Shown: piece after piece, positions 56,501-61,300 of the stretch
How the letters are laid out: the number at the start of each line of letters is the position of its first letter
How positions within the stretch are numbered: position 1 is the first letter of the stretch
NCBI GenBank assembly: GCA_964460665.1
Contig: CAYWSL010000001.1
Span: 24,032-88,031, forward strand
Source: an uncultured Pirellulaceae bacterium
Lineage (GTDB): Bacteria; Planctomycetota; Planctomycetia; Pirellulales; Pirellulaceae
DNA length: 64,000 bases
Direction: 5' to 3'
Notes under the pieces: model-generated
The model's input: only the letters and a program-made list of their open reading frames with translations
What the model was told of the DNA's origin: nothing
Databases searched by the model: none
Program-made: the position numbers and the translations under genes

Positions 56501-58124
56501 AAACCGAATTGGGTTCATCTGGTGACGAACCTCCAGCGCCGACGCCTTCAGGTAGATGGAATAGATTTCCGATTCCAAGCAAACTACCGATTCCACGTAC
56601 CGCTTCTACGAACCAGCTAGGACGCGCATCAGGCGACAGCCCGTATCCATCAAACCAGTTTTCAGCAGCATCGAGAACCAGGACTCCTTGAGTCGGGTCG
56701 GCGTCATTGCTGCGATAGATACTTAGCGGTGTATCGGTTCCGGCACCGGTATCGGCAGAGATAACGATGGCCCGAAGGTCACCGGTGACAATCTGAAGAC
56801 CTTCGTTCTCGGTTTCAACGAACGAAACGCCCAGACGTTCCGAGTACAGGTCCAGGACTTCACGCGCACGCTGTTTCTGCGCTTCGGTAATCGCGTTTTC
56901 GGCAAGATTCTGCTGAGGGTCCTCGCCGTACAGACTGGCGAAGTTGTATGGGAAGACATTGATACCAGTTACCGTATCAAAACGTCCGACGATCTCCGCG
57001 TCACGCCGCTGGTCTCGGGAGCCGACGGCATCAGCCGCACCTGGCCAATCCGAAAGGAACGGTTCAGTTGCTTGGATCAGTCCATCAGTGACCAGAATAC
57101 TTTGCGTACCCGCACCAAACGTCACTCCAAGTGGCAGTGCGGCATCGAATGTGTCGTCAGAACCACCGCCACTGGGCAGCACCTGCGGCGCCGCCGGAAG
57201 TGCTTCGCCGCTACCAACCCGCAGTCGGAAGGTCCCGCTGTGTTCATTGGCTACTGCAGGAGCAAGTTCGGACAGATCATTCGCGAATGTCAAAACCGCT
57301 CGATTCAATAGCGGATCGTACGTCACATCTGTCGGAATGAACGGCGCCGGGTCGTCGGTCGATTCAATCGTATCGCCGGTGTAAATCAGCTTGTAAAAGT
57401 CAGGCGTCACAACCGGTAACGTACTGCCGGCGGCAGACGAGATTGGCCCTGCGTTCGGATTTGATAGCGGGTCTTCGTTAAAGTAAACCCAGACTTGGTC
57501 ACGTCGTTGAATTCGGTTTCCGTTGACAAGTTCAACGGGTTGCGGAACCACCCCCACAACACGTGGTCCCACTTCGATATCAAACCGAACTTCCTGAATA
57601 GGACGCAATTCATCCAGCGGATTGGGTGGACAAAGCAAGTCGCCATTCACATCGCGCAGTCCGACAATTCCCATGGTGGTATCGTCGAACCCGGCGAACT
57701 CGATGATGAACTGGTCATCAGGCAGGGTTTCAGCGAAACGCGCCACAATGATGTTCGAATTGCCATCCTGCTCGAATCCAATGAAGCCAGGCGTGACTTG
57801 GATTTCGTTGCCTTCATTGAACGAACCATCGCCACCAGAACGCCGGAACTGAATTCCAGCCAACGTGGATTCGTCAATCAACTCGCCTCCAAACCGAAGA
57901 GTTAATTCGGTGGGTGCGACTGGTAAAAGGTTATTACCTTCTAAGTCGAATTGTTCGCCCGAGTTCGCGGAGATCGAAATCAATCGCGGACCTTCATTGA
58001 TACCTAGACCCGCAGCGAGCAATTCGCGGCGTTCTAAAGTTTCGTGAGTTAATCGCCGATCAGACTTTTTCTTCGCAGCAGACTTGCGATTGAACTTGCG
58101 GCGTACTGGCTTTTTCAGGGTCAT
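35535..58124 (-). CDS. Giant secreted multidomain protein B (7,529 aa), paralog of A: planctomycete leader, degenerate M10 domain, PPC, beta-helix, VWA, ~17 nested repeat modules, GEVED, ~11 cadherin/Ig-like repeats, dockerin-like C-terminus
   Basis: One open frame of 22.6 kb. Motifs RRLTHETLERRELLAA, DIVLVVDESAS (VWA MIDAS), GDAPASF...WVDFDRNG...GGEVEDF, PxNDxP repeats, and DVNGNGNVSPLDALLIIN..DTQGDQDIDPVDAILVIN. Collinear with gene A throughout. Confidence 0.93.
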   Translation of the reverse strand: MTLKKPVRRKFNRKSAAKKKSDRRLTHETLERRELLAAGLGINEGPRLISISANSGEQFDLEGNNLLPVAPTELTLRFGGELIDESTLAGIQFRRSGGDGSFNEGNEIQVTPGFIGFEQDGNSNIIVARFAETLPDDQFIIEFAGFDDTTMGIVGLRDVNGDLLCPPNPLDELRPIQEVRFDIEVGPRVVGVVPQPVELVNGNRIQRRDQVWVYFNEDPLSNPNAGPISSAAGSTLPVVTPDFYKLIYTGDTIESTDDPAPFIPTDVTYDPLLNRAVLTFANDLSELAPAVANEHSGTFRLRVGSGEALPAAPQVLPSGGGSDDTFDAALPLGVTFGAGTQSILVTDGLIQATEPFLSDWPGAADAVGSRDQRRDAEIVGRFDTVTGINVFPYNFASLYGEDPQQNLAENAITEAQKQRAREVLDLYSERLGVSFVETENEGLQIVTGDLRAIVISADTGAGTDTPLSIYRSNDADPTQGVLVLDAAENWFDGYGLSPDARPSWFVEAVRGIGSLLGIGNLFHLPEGVGAGGSSPDEPNSVSFSEQFYPDLPVEPSFLSQSDVTLGQALHRPESNDVDFYSFTAASAGRLSVETFAERLDGSSLLDTHINVYQRDADGEYILIARNDDFYSDDSFVGIDVELGSYIIGISSTGNENYSGEVSGSGLGGVSEGRYELRVTFTSTAGGTITDTTGTRLDGDADGREGGDFNFWFRVARDLSTAGTDEPRTIFVDKLGDDVNNDGALGTPLQTISAAFAIARPGDLVRLLPNGGADGLITTTDDNLAYEIGIGGSANVPLSDGAEFEVPRGVTVMIDAGAILKLQQAKISVGSESVDEDRSLASLQVLGSPVISEANGSVVGSGEVIFTSYSNEAVAVDTNPLATTPAPGQWAGIEFRNDFDNAEGRPVWETEGIFLDYVSHANISYGGGSIAVNEPIVTPIQVAESRPTIIYNTITDSADAALSADPNSFLETNFHSPVFQRVALFTSDYDRVGPEIAGNTLINNSINGLFVRVNTPAAGELEPLTVSGRFDDTDVVHSISQVLVLQGQPGGPILSEERPDVLSVQLTADALDAAGDPAGTLAAGTYDYRLTFVDLLGNESLASLPTLPVSVVSGSSITLNNLAPAPDEFSGRRLYRFDAASGNYVFVQQLDRGSSSFEDTGETRGGILRSEQSPNAAPVLLSDSFAPGTLFPGNALNYRFTFVDSIGGESLASDPSSSFLTPANGSILLSNLPAVPESYVGIRIYRLDVATGDYVLVVEQDTGTTQYLDNGDQIGGLLERDGNGGNTLIPRLNARLSIDPGTIVKLQNARIEAGFGADFYAEGVDGQEVVFTSRLDDTFGAGGTFDTNNDGVSDNAAPADWGGLIFRQDSIGSLDFATVRFGGGSTPTQGAFTDFNAIEILQADVRIANSTIQDNGAGFVSTSTRDGIGFNDEAAIFVRGSQPIIVDNIIQGNEGAAISINPNALDFHDLLDVGRSTGSLSQITTDQDNQGPLISGNRLDLNSINALHVRSEVLTTESVWDDTDIVHYVDGQVISATHHLNSGLRLKSDPEQSLVVKHDTGAELIGTGVPLDIEDRVGGTIQVLGTPGNPVVLTSINDCTVGAGFTPDGRPMNDTLLGGACSVEVVVPPPTVPHVDIVLVVDESASLGPTQAFTAQFVQDLEAGLLAAGVGNVSGNRYGAVGFGGGGADNLGRSILVGGGLFGTADEYATATSQFVTTGAIEDGFAGIDFALDNYSFRADAARFIILATDEDRDDEDRSLTLTSTIANLQANDIALQGILGINIQDNNGLRALAIDSTDVFIEDPAGPGGFTTQPGGVVIGGSGVADYLPLVQATGGIAGDLSQIGTSPATAAVFGQALIASIVDQAGGGGNTNQGTQGDWQGVTIGAFANDRNVAHIIETEDAIPAANARNAIADDSQRIGDLAADEFAGDETERLGFNIRGTLADENDVDVYSFTATGGTTVFFDIDDTSFGLDTVLELVDVNDNVLASSDNSFAESSDPSTLISNLPDNVVRPLFLTGVGNAEGPNPLDAGFRVILPGSNNSENLYFVRVRSANGNTSGQYTLGIRLREADEVSGSTVQFADIRFATNAINVTGAPLHSPLTADAQESLDFTTIVDPTPENPESGDEFVQESANNRLGFVPADVDQIGNLLTSDRGSLLVTGEIGNINVTDADIRLEDVDVYQVDLFTQQIEPDVFDSENRFVPVTFDIDYADGLGRVNTSISVYNSFGQLILHSRDSNIADDVGRPLEGVDSTNLAGGSAAVLDAFIGPVELPEGSYFVVVGNAATVPTALDQFFDPESANTDVRVVPINSVRRIAEDTLDEHDIANFDPENPTVVFSDQFNYTAERPIIEPIFDQDSIVPYTLDDIRLFVSLDSGYTGTNQSGLISVNPFTGEVERVIGQSGQPTDDIALRRDGELFSFSLGPETGAETSQNVGNFLNISPVDAAASNEGDDTIVFQSSNQQFTDLVADNAAQLDVHAVTFPLSDGQSAAAANSPGFIVGSRDNNGRGFEIPTELTRNIFYQTIASDGEITSRGNTNANAHRQFTGNVPYFPNQGPASADLEWGIIDTGAIFNTGGDEGTITGIGIEADGSSVFDTFFAVTDNGGVHSFIPGVTVPAPNTSPAFGYDSVIPTTFHGVVPLDPIHAASTFGFATSPVFTGMAMGPRVIENGLYRQTIFASTEDGWLYALEINEAGEVEPANVFYNGRAAIPITFNDGFAGLPLFTSPTGIAFSHLEESLFQQTGSRGLEPGHGLDVPEDRSRTGTFGGQSLYFGVTANDPDDNTIGSPDDANGDIAPGGSHGSIISRAFSLEGYSPADQPTLYFTYFLEVEENDDSNFVRNQNDSFRVFGSGDDGEWQLLATNNNFRELVADDEFDYFNDTNIPVQELFDDTQEWRQSRVDLGPLAGSENVRIRFDFSTAGSMRTQFGSVDFVAVPGDEVIDREQLFFTDNNLNQIVLETIVGRDVVFPGGVDLDNNDQFTVTGPDGPFTIRFVTGPPSQLGDVQINAFMSANDVAEEVLRIIPGSLNPANNGDGSLSFLAATDIGLIGDIPVGQSNPVQIDVSETPPSFLNEPPFFDPGSPGATQLVIPDGSDLTAGESFTLFGETSVIQLTYVNFPTGAPGEVVFANADTADDIARRVVSLLPSDFGAIFDGNGVINFLNPVTAFTTASTSQIVIDNARTVNESRIRITPASGDDLIDGETLTLTSPAGTTVVTFTDTANPSGPGAVSFQAGDTVATIATRLLAALPDELLSIRQGNDILVVASGAITDVAGTELVLAQVPSQTISFPSGANLIPGESIRLNSASGFTDLQFFPSAVPGPPGTISYLTTDSAAVIRARVAAALAFPTVNSAGGLIVYGATAVAASEPTSQISSAFTNGQSITPPAGADLIDGESIDVTVGGVVTTIQFVDTAGPVGPNQVAFQATDSAGQVATRLLAATETAWNPTLSGNTVFFVADTVVHQLGASDIQVVPGVFTENVVNLDIPDATELRNGEQIDISNFGFFPTDTITFILRGSTVPDAGTIQVFYDPTDLAEDLYAQIVDGLSVNHQVYIDPTGAGINIFDEFNSTFATLGVSPVATLVGVEDVVTYAIPVTIPNGSEITSGETLTVTTQDDLTGANAQTFTLVDVNLQTGAPSELTFDPLAPADVVAADIFAQLPIELQPYLVGTREIYLLNASSVQTTPGSHVISYQSSLNSSPILVTSTMTTVEVAERLQAGFADGFGRFATIDGVTTATSDNYKVYGGDRIKLFNVTPQDAGAFGVSGFEIFSGGGFTTTPVPGDEFGEDQASFYGGGGVRRNGALDNEVQGVFIDDIIVGFAERGELVLNAPFNDTSFVFNPETLPDTHPQAVQPERQNEILVGGYSLEIRTSDEYGVEEDYNPINLQLSEQLGLGRSFDTNDRLVDGAVTLIVPPPSSLIDGDTFTLDDGDRLLTFEFDSTTDGTVTPGNVRVAFNNANSDSAFVARAVRDAINSAQVQSVLNITAATSDSLESGVPTGNRVELFGENIAVNHSGGRFLKVDLVDEENFQGRESSRQIPVVDHTTQTVTSAINRDELPRSAVTQFVDGGADTLVAVGRIGDNVATGLEVGNLQDGAVIVASDPSLDWDSIRVYLEAGDNIDIDVDTLGFTKAGEVLDLPVITVLEQGRFGATTISGQFVDLPQTEILAQTSLLAPTSAPGESQAGAFLQFQAPTSAYYDIVVSSTALFLPDQLITDFGEYQLTVRPNAATSAAVPDRDVLMVDYQFGISDTNRVSPQGQIIISSNFVSDSAQVGIRATNADRDVRLVGIPGTNAIAVPGDLPTPGSAALLRNQNTDSLIPGVVISNNVVVASGDAAILLQGDTNANGSVATSSLFGRIVNNTVVGQGVGDGIRVAGSASPTILNNVVAFFDEGIVTTADQFGDVIIGNNAYQNNTTNATIPISTSAIVVPQEVELFEDPARRIYIPATGSNVIDSSFASLPDRADFLQTVKEPVGISPSPIIAPGFDVYGQARVDDPLVATPGGVGINVFIDRGAIDRADTERPVAVLVGPQDAVGLAVAGGDQDVDQSFVRLAEGIVEFFDVQLTDTAGTGLDPLTINSSNVILTENGRQLTPDEDYIFGYSSNSRTIRLTPLTGLWRSDSVYEITINNRPRIEVTLPAGDQILDGDQVTTIEEDGTATVFEFDSGFSLQVPQSTLLTFSGTNADLTDEETLTITSPSGITRTIEVDLDNFITAGSSNIIFDARDAGTVVQVRDAFLNLLNSADPLDPTMTTAEVLGLTPRSIGASQLQLGTVTGHTITSTIASADVTGVDQGLADGDTFTYTSGTQSVTFQLTEDALVSDPSFVPIAISNTDTPDEIAQAIAAEIALDVHGLGLGTAQAVGNGTVLVGGVVGDVLTLDQSGMTLLGSPGVTTDAVVVPFIPTTQFTSASTAAALQAAIRNSAAGVTVTSPGAGTLLISDTQLIQATFGGSVPSSIGTLLPAVSDLAGNPVRETRITDETRFTIIMPDVVFDYGDAPASFGTLDADNGARHTVSSDRVPRLGNFLDTETDGASTPNGDDTPLVLNATETGLVFTVVAPNASTRSINIANIQPLGGETLTIQAGDVTATFELTLSTSNPAQGNVPVNFVAGDTAGNIARNLSQAIRAEIDGIDESIIMTVDTVDGAIILEAIDDEDGISTGIFVNNAGIPFHVFTTPGTPPNNVSGDDVIGFLNPLDPAGTSTIVNVVGAGLLDAWVDFDRNGFFEADEQVISNVAVVNGENIVNFFAPSNATQGDTWMRVRISESGNLTPTGVSVGGEVEDFEISVLPIALPVPVNDQYTAIEDTTLVVDALSPQRNLLSNDQDLATQILPVRYFVGDQPQNGTLTVLDELTGEFTYEPNEDFFGIDTFTYRLSTQQNSGPGSPTTSTFATVTIDVQPINDIPGAQNQSFIGVEDTTLAISAAELLAGATGHASPAITTPPQDESDQILHVESISSGGVIVSSANATATTDEGATISALFDAQGFITTVLYTPAVDFNSDNLPLADGSLRTDEFEFTLTDDGELFLDDGSVISGVARQVTATATVTVTPTNDPPDLTGETINQNDTDYLAFYASINAVAPVPTEDTALVIPTAFLLANDFSGPSTAADEVTFVRSNDGAVSIVDVSLVDPATGQISLVAGDVNFIPADDIFGDVEFVYQVVDQGVDEAADGTRTANPLISEVTATIFLEPINDNPFAFDRSLSIDEAIEPAGPAVLSFTSLDLINGGGLNANSPITITGTSVTIPDGIDLIDGETFSIVGSDGVSRVVELTTSGSASVGTDVFVSYTLTDTADVIAGNLAAVLRGAGLGGSVLNDTISFIEVDSIATDTYNSGVTATATSVSVLDGQSLTGGEVLTVTDTDGRTVTFEFSATGLSMSGADVLVPFNRTDTAENIAGALQTALANNGFGSAILAGAGGDWIARFVNIQAVAINDPTSQIARDGNVITLPEGGSVVNGETITIDDGAGTIRVVEFNTTGTPSAGTDFVVVVTATDTADAVAASLQATLRSQGFGVIATGADVAFVAVDDAIATEPLTSVVVSNDSILLPAGASLIDGERITITFDGGLTAIAEFTTDGVFSADADFTVLFNPLDSSTTIASRLEAELRSNSYAATAAGGLVSFVNTVSVAVEENPNTAGNFPETLAAPFNEVEQSLRVVAFETSLGTIDVAVDGNGTHTLTTSAGGLLTFTFAGGAFTTGSYEPPIDYNQQAPFQPNDLFTYTIEDNGQTTIPGSNATVTLPVERSLLPATVTITVNETNDPPTFDTPIEINILEDVVGFTVPGVITNVLPSMASALDEVANQTVSFQIVPSLSTVPAGLMTQDPIIDLNGGLTFFPATDQIGTAVYVIRGTDADPNNPNFLSASTDATVTVQVRPVNDAPRFDPLATSSDSLSPDEAYSVVVAADGSAAPITYTLREDNTQAQGLLERYFIPLQRDTSVIGYSQIGLLDVFTVGPDNELDSSQEGGSQQLTISSPGNVSTTTLGGTIERETVNGTLVGFFYTPPQDFNNEIGTFDSFTYEVIDNSTVGGETFVLSTNVLTEDNLRTSNTVFFDLTPVNDRPEFTLINNFIEVAEDSGLSTVQGYAVNIAAGPQATAFDEVDATIGSETGQEVNFSLALVNIPPSRVSQFFEESPAITPDGTLTFEPAENVFGEFVFEVVLNDDGIGNATRGDLISSDPQTITISVLPVNDSPVLSPNAGDLSFTLLENSTIDIQIVGDTVTAGLLDVFLPGPDNESDDITPGGNQTVSLATPITTSTTSGGSLTQIFDETGLTNLRYTPRPDFTGEDSFIYTVTDDGITVDVGSNIAQLDPRFASNTVNLTVLPVNDEPIFSGAGNVVTSEDFGPVVVNDWATSVLAGPATAGDEIANQNLSFVFTQTAGSPALFADSPTAVIDSLTNTASLSFQAAADANGVAVFEVFLLDDGPDAGNGDDNVSITQTFTIRVNAVNDPPSFTPGGIIQVAEDSGPFSQSEPWAGNVSAGPNDESSQNVRFEVTVPDDAVDLFRSPPEISDTGFLRFTPAANANGTVDLDVQAFDSDGGESDSVTLRIIIDEVNDTPRAVEDDILTNEDVVFTITSATLLGNDIDPDLITNPNEFLTVVPQNGERSIEGALVSFDAATGSITYDPTNSVSLQSLAPGESIVDSFTYSVVDAAGATSTPVLVNVTVAGVNDAPVLNIDQPTLNPNGPTVIRPLDNDTDIDGFIDPSSISITLQPAFGTIAVADNGIITYTPFGSFSTEDQFRYTVADNLGLRGSEGIVSIAANVAPIAVGDIAETFIGEPIDVNVAANDMDPDGQLDLAGIIVLEQPQRGQAIPQNNGTIRYVPNLDFVGTDTFVYSIPDQEGRFSEPATVSVRVSNSRLQNPDEFLDVNGNGNVSPLDALLIINFIADNGLFTPVAETDRGPNFYDTQGDQDIDPVDAILVINFLADRAAEGGAFGEQVSISQPVVDPVVVDFVDIDSNDAAFELTEQPITTVTQPSANLVDASVEDSLDNDNNVIDLIAFDDDDEDEEADRVEALDAAFGDLI
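39712..40906 (-). repeat. Four tandem copies of the same module inside a cadherin-like repeat of gene B
   Basis: LIDGETFSI..DTADVIAGNL; LTGGEVLTV..DTAENIAGAL; VVNGETITI..DTADAVAASL; LIDGERITI..DSSTTIASRL. Confidence 0.75.
46945..49330 (-). repeat. Protein-level tandem/nested repeats (~75-85 aa module, 7 inner copies plus 1 split outer copy) inside gene B
   Basis: Recurring pattern IP-x-G-x-x-L-x-x-GE-T/S-hydrophobic...TF-x-F...G-x-V-x-F-x-x-x-DTA-x-x-IA-x-x-L, e.g. LIDGETLTLT..VSFQAGDTVATIATRLL and LIDGESIDVT..VAFQATDSAGQVATRLL. The copies are diverged at the DNA level. Confidence 0.75.
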
Positions 58125-58175
58125 ATGACCTGACCTAAAACTAAAGGCGTAAAAATGAAATCACTGCGATTGCAG

Positions 58176-58210
58176 CACAAAACCGAATCGAACTTCAGTG
58201 TTCAATTCGG
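58176..58210 (-). terminator. Intrinsic terminator-like hairpin between giant genes C and B
   Basis: Minus strand ccgaattgaac-actgaa-gttcgattcgg (11 bp including one G-U) followed by ttttgtg. It lies ~125 nt after the C stop and ~55 nt before the B start. Confidence 0.5.
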
Positions 58211-58334
58211 TGGCGAAATAAAAAGGTAGGGCCCCAAAAATGGGTGACTTACGAATCATCCAGTGAAACTTCTCGTTCTTGTTTTTTGCTAAATCATAGT
58301 TGTTACTACTCGGCTCTGCCCAACATAGGTGGGG

Positions 58335-61300
58335 TCATCTTAACTCGTATTCGGATTCGCTAAGCAAATCAACTAGTGCATCGTCGATGTTTCGGCTGAC
58401 ATCGTCAGCTGAATCGTCATTGCCCAAGGCAATCAAGTCCGAGACTTGCGCCACAGGACTATTGGAAATCTCTAATCCAGTTGTCAAAAGGTTGTCCCGA
58501 GCGTCGTTTTCCAGAACAGGTGCATCGACCCTTTCTCGATTCGAGTTCGGTAGGTTGGCCGTGGAGATTGCGGCGAACGCGGTCGTCACCGCGAAACTGG
58601 TGGAAACCAACTCCCCTTGGGCAGGGGCATTTACAACTAATTCACCAGCTGCTTCTTCTGCGCGGTCGGCCAAGAAATTGATCACCAAAATGGCGTCAAC
58701 TGCACCAATGAATCCGTTCCCGTCGACGTCCAGGAAGTCTGGCGGTGGAGTACCGATCTGACTGACCGGAGTGAATAGCCCATTTTCACTGATGAAGTTG
58801 ATCACGCGAATCGCATCGAGCGGCGAAACAATTCCGTTGCCCGTCACGTCGGCTGCTAAATCCTGTAGCGGATTTTGAAAACTGGATTGATTCAGATTCA
58901 GCGTCACTGTAACTGGCTGCCCAACACGGCCAGTCGAATCGACTGCTCGGTACGTAAACGAATCCGTGTCACCAACATTGCCACCGGTGTTGACGTATGT
59001 AAACGTTCCGTCTTCAGAAATCGACAACGTACCCAATGACGGCTGCGTCACGGTTGGCAAGTCAACTAGGATGGTGTCACCGTCGGCGTCACTATCGTTT
59101 CGCAATACTCCGTCCGCGGGATTCAACACAGGCAGTTGTGATCCAACCGGGACGTTGTAGACATCGCCAACGGTAATCGGTGCATCAGCCACTGGCGTAA
59201 TCGTCAGCGTAAATACGTCAAACGGACTTTGCGAACCATCGGTTGCTGACACCTCAAGTTCAATGGCACCTGATTGATCAGGTTCCGGAACGATCACGAT
59301 GTTGTCACCCGAGAAAGAGATGGAGGCGATCAACGGATTCTGACTGATCTGAGCTTGAGTTGGATTCACAATGTTGCCCAACCGGGTGACCGTGTAAGTC
59401 AGTTGTTCCGGATCTGGATCGGCAAATACAGTGCCCAAGTCGGCAACAATCGTCTGGTCCTCGCGTCCAACAAGTGGTTCCAGGGTTCCGATTCGTACAG
59501 GTGGATCCGGTGTATTGCGAACCGTCACAGGGACTCGCTGAGTAACCGATCCACCCTGGCCATCATCAGCAGTGATCACCAAAGCTGTTTCGCCTGGCCT
59601 AAACGAAGGCAGTTCGATTGTCAGTTCTGAATCAACCAAAACAGCCGATACGATCGTGGAGTCTTCGGAAATGGCGGTGAACGTCAACGGATCCGCTTCA
59701 GGGTCACTGAACCAGGTGTTCAAGTCGAACGTGAACACCTGTGGAATCGCTTTGCTTTCGTCCAGCTCCAAGGACGTGACGCCATTGACGCCATTGACTC
59801 CTTCGAAGACAGGATTGTCGTTGGTTCCCGCTACATCCAAGTTGACGGTACCAGTAGCGGTTGCACCAAACTCGTCTTCAATGATGTAAGTGAAGCTGTC
59901 GGAACCACTGAAGAACGGGCTAGGCGTGTACACCAAAGCGCCGTTTGTGAAATCAACGGATCCACCCTGGAAGCTGAATCTTGGGAATTGAGCCGGAATC
60001 GTTTGTAAGCGAACCTGAGCACCAGCAGTGACTTCGTTTTGTGGACCAACCGAATCGTTGTCAAAAATGCCAGGCATGCCTGGGATCCCATTCAACGGAA
60101 TCTGCAATGTCATTCGTTCGGTCACCGAGAAATTGTCCGTGCCCGCGATCGGAGGATCATTCACCGGTGTGATGGCAATCGAAACGGTGCCCTGGCGCGT
60201 CGCTTGTTCAACGACTTGCCCTGGCCCCGGTTGATCGGCCACCACGTAGGTGAACGTATCTGCCTGAGCACCGTTGAAATTCAACGGTGGTGTGTATTGG
60301 ATGGCGGTCCCGCCATTGATGATTTCAACTATACCACCCTGCGTCGATGCGGCGTTGGTGATCACACCAAGCGTATCGGGGAAGCTAGCGGCCGACTGAA
60401 TGATCAAGCCTTGGCCGGCCTCGTTGGCGGGCCCCGCAACAAAGAACGGGTCAATCAACTCCGATACGTCAAAAATCTGTACCTCGTCTTCATTGATCGC
60501 TCGGTTGACCTCCACATTAATCGACGTGGCGATCGGAGGATCATTGACAGGCAAGACTTCAATCGTGCCCGTGATCGCTCGGGTGTTGGTGATTTGCGCC
60601 GTCGGATCGATCGGATTGATGTCGGTTACGCGAGCGGTAAACGTTGTCGTTCCAACGAAGTCAGGTTCTGGGATGAACGTGAATGTTCCATCGCTGGCTA
60701 ATGAAAACGCACCAGCAATCGTGCCGTTTGGAGTTGTCAGTGTTCTATCCCCAACGTCCGCTGGGAAAATGGCAACCGTCTGACCATCAGGATCGACTAC
60801 ACCGGACAGCAGGCCATCGTCGTTTTGGCTAGCGGTCAATGTTCCTGCACCATCAAGAACTTGTAACGCCACGTCTTCAGGAACTGTAAACGTACGGTCG
60901 GCTTGTGCATCGGTCAGCGCTGGCGGGTTGCCAGGCAACAATCGCAGTGCGTAGTCTTCGACCTCGCCACTAAGTGCTAGGCCTGTCGGAGTTAGGCCGC
61001 CTTCACGCGACACGCGGAAACGTGCGAACGTCGTCACTGGTGCAACCGGTGCAGCAATGACATCTGGAATGCTGACCTCAAAGACTCGCGTCACACCGGA
61101 ACCTGTGTCGCTGAAAATCGCGCCAGGCGTGTTGGCGTTGATAATCTGTTCGCCCGAATCGTCCCAATCGCCGTCGCCATTGAAATCAACCCACGCTTCC
61201 AAGATTCCAGATCCTGTTACCGTAACCGAAATGGGCGTCACGACGCCCCTGTTCAGCACGCCTTCAGGGTTGATTTCGCTTGTCAGTACGACACCGTCTT

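Noticed and set aside
35351-58334. A, B and C as fragments of one frameshifted or pseudogenised supergene
   Set aside because: Each ends in its own dockerin plus tail, A and B begin with their own leader, and they are separated by true intergenic spacers with hairpins.
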